This document shows positions 62,855-64,000 of a DNA stretch of 64,000 nt, one piece after another; positions within the stretch are counted from its first letter, which is position 1, and each line of letters begins with the position of its first letter. Below the pieces are notes generated by a model. It saw only the letters and a list, made by a program, of their open reading frames with translations. It had not been told where the DNA came from and did not search any database. The position numbers and the translations under genes are program-made. The DNA is from the human T2T-CHM13v2.0 reference genome, Homo sapiens, in contig CP068257.2 of assembly GCA_009914755.4 (NCBI GenBank), positions 24,448,001 to 24,512,000 of the forward strand, read 5' to 3'.

Positions 62855-63475
62855 ACTAGTACCACCTCTGTGGAAAACATTATGGAGATTTCCTAAAGAG
62901 TTAAAAGTAGATCTACCATTTGATCCAGCAATCTTAATACTGGGTATCTACCCGGAGGAAAAGAAGTCATTGTATGAAAAAGACACTTGTACACATATGT
63001 TTACAGGACCACAATTCACAAATGCAAAGATGCAGAACCAACCTAAGTGGCCAGTGACTAATGAGAGGATAAAGAAGATGTGGCATATATACATCAGGGA
63101 CTACTGCTCAGCCATTACAAGGAACAAAATAATGTCTTTTGCAACAACTTGGATAGCGCTGGAGGCCATTATTCTAAGTAAAGTAATTCAGGAATTGGAA
63201 AACCAAAAACCGTATGTTCTCTCTTATAAGTGGGAACTAAGTTAGGAATAAGCAAAGGCACACAGAGGGACATATTGGACTTTAGAGACTCACGAGGAGG
63301 AGGGTAATAGGGGACTAGGGATTAAAAGAAAAACTAGACGTTAGGTACAAGGTACCCTACTTAAGTGCACTAAAATCTCAGAATTCACCACTACGTAATT
63401 CAACTAAGTAACAAGAAACCACTTGTACCCCAAAAGCTACTGAAATAAAAATTATTCTCTCAAAAATTTTAAGCC
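62855..63475 (+). mobile_element. L1 (older primate subfamily) 3' fragment, including the decayed C-terminal part of ORF2
   Basis: Supplied ORF 62970..63245 (…FTNAKMQNQPKWPVTNERIKKMWHIYIRDYCSAITRNKIMSFATTWIALEAIILSKV…) aligns to the L1 ORF2 C-terminus (…FTIAKTWNQPKCPSMIDWIKKMWHIYTMEYYAAIKKDEFMSFVGTWMKLETIILSKL…). Upstream, atttgatccagcaatcttaatactgggtatctacccggaggaaaagaagtcattgtatgaaaaagacacttgtacacatatgtttacagg matches L1 ...tttgacccagcaatcccactactgggtatatacccaaaggaatataaatcattctactataaagacacatgcacacgtatgtttattgc. Confidence 0.78.
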
Positions 63476-63605
63476 CTAAACTTCAGTTCCTATTGTTTAT
63501 ATTTACTAAGAAAAACAACAGAAAACACTGTTTTAAAAATGGTGGATTTTTTTAAGGTTAAAGGTATATAAGACAGCTGCCTAAGGAAACGCAGATACCC
63601 CTGTA

Positions 63606-63626
63606 CCTTGTTGTTGTTGTTGTTGT
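63606..63626. repeat. (GTT)n trinucleotide run, about 7 units
   Basis: Sequence cttgttgttgttgttgttgtttttc. Confidence 0.7.
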
Positions 63627-63649
63627 TTTTCACTTTTTTAAAAAACATA

Positions 63650-63763
63650 GAGATGGGATCTCCTTATGCTGCCCAGGCTTGTCTCAAACTCCTGACCTCA
63701 AGCAATCCTCTGACCTCAGACTCTCAAAGTTTTGGGACTACAGGCGACAGTCACCATGCCAGC
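63650..63763 (-). mobile_element. Alu left-arm fragment (FLAM-like)
   Basis: Sequence agagatgggatctccttatgctgcccaggcttgtctcaaactcctgacctcaagcaatcctctgacctcagactctcaaagttttgggactacaggcgacagtcaccatgccagcc. Confidence 0.75.
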
Positions 63764-64000
63764 CAATATCCTTGTACTTTTAACTCATTCCTACAAGCCA
63801 TGAATCCTCTAAGCATTGTCCCAGACACAGCACTGGCAAACTTCAATCGTTTTCATCAGAATATAAAGAAACACAGGGCATGCTTAACTTCAAGGCTGAT
63901 ATTTCCTTTGTGAGTAAAGCCTTGCCACAGATGAGAAGTCCTGAGGATCAAACAGGAAAACTTTAAGTTTAATTAAATCTAAAATCATAAAACCTAAGTT

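Overview
This 64-kb window is primate (human-type) nuclear genomic DNA, not a prokaryotic or accessory-element locus. It covers the 5' part of the amyloid-beta precursor protein gene (APP, human chr21q21), which is transcribed on the minus strand of the window. In order it holds the first 61 nt of intron 3 (1-61), exon 3 (62-191), all of intron 2 (192-22087, about 21.9 kb), exon 2 (22088-22255) and about 41.7 kb of intron 1 (22256-64000). Exon 1 and the promoter CpG island are not in the window; the 3' end of the window is AT-rich with no CpG-island character. Everything else is intronic. There are about 31 Alu copies or fragments (roughly 13 percent of bases), many with intact target-site duplications (TSDs). 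There are also two MaLR (MST/THE1-type) solo LTRs, several old L1 fragments, a MIR, two copies of a roughly 330-380 bp hAT-like MITE with 8-bp TSDs, a truncated MADE1 and several microsatellites. I see no rRNA or tRNA genes and no CRISPR array. I see no evidence of a novel or undescribed gene system. Apart from the two APP exons, the ORFs in the supplied track are repeat-derived or random intronic ORFs. The items worth follow-up are structural. Exon 2 (168 nt, in-frame) is bracketed by oppositely oriented Alus. There are closely spaced inverted Alu pairs and near-consensus AluY insertions. There is a roughly 105-bp (GAAA)n and a (GATA)n(GACA)n STR, a 2 x 118-bp tandem duplication, a roughly 105-bp inverted-repeat pair 2 kb apart, and two CpG-retaining unique blocks. 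All coordinates were derived by eye from the printed sequence, so boundaries of repeats are approximate (plus or minus a few bp).
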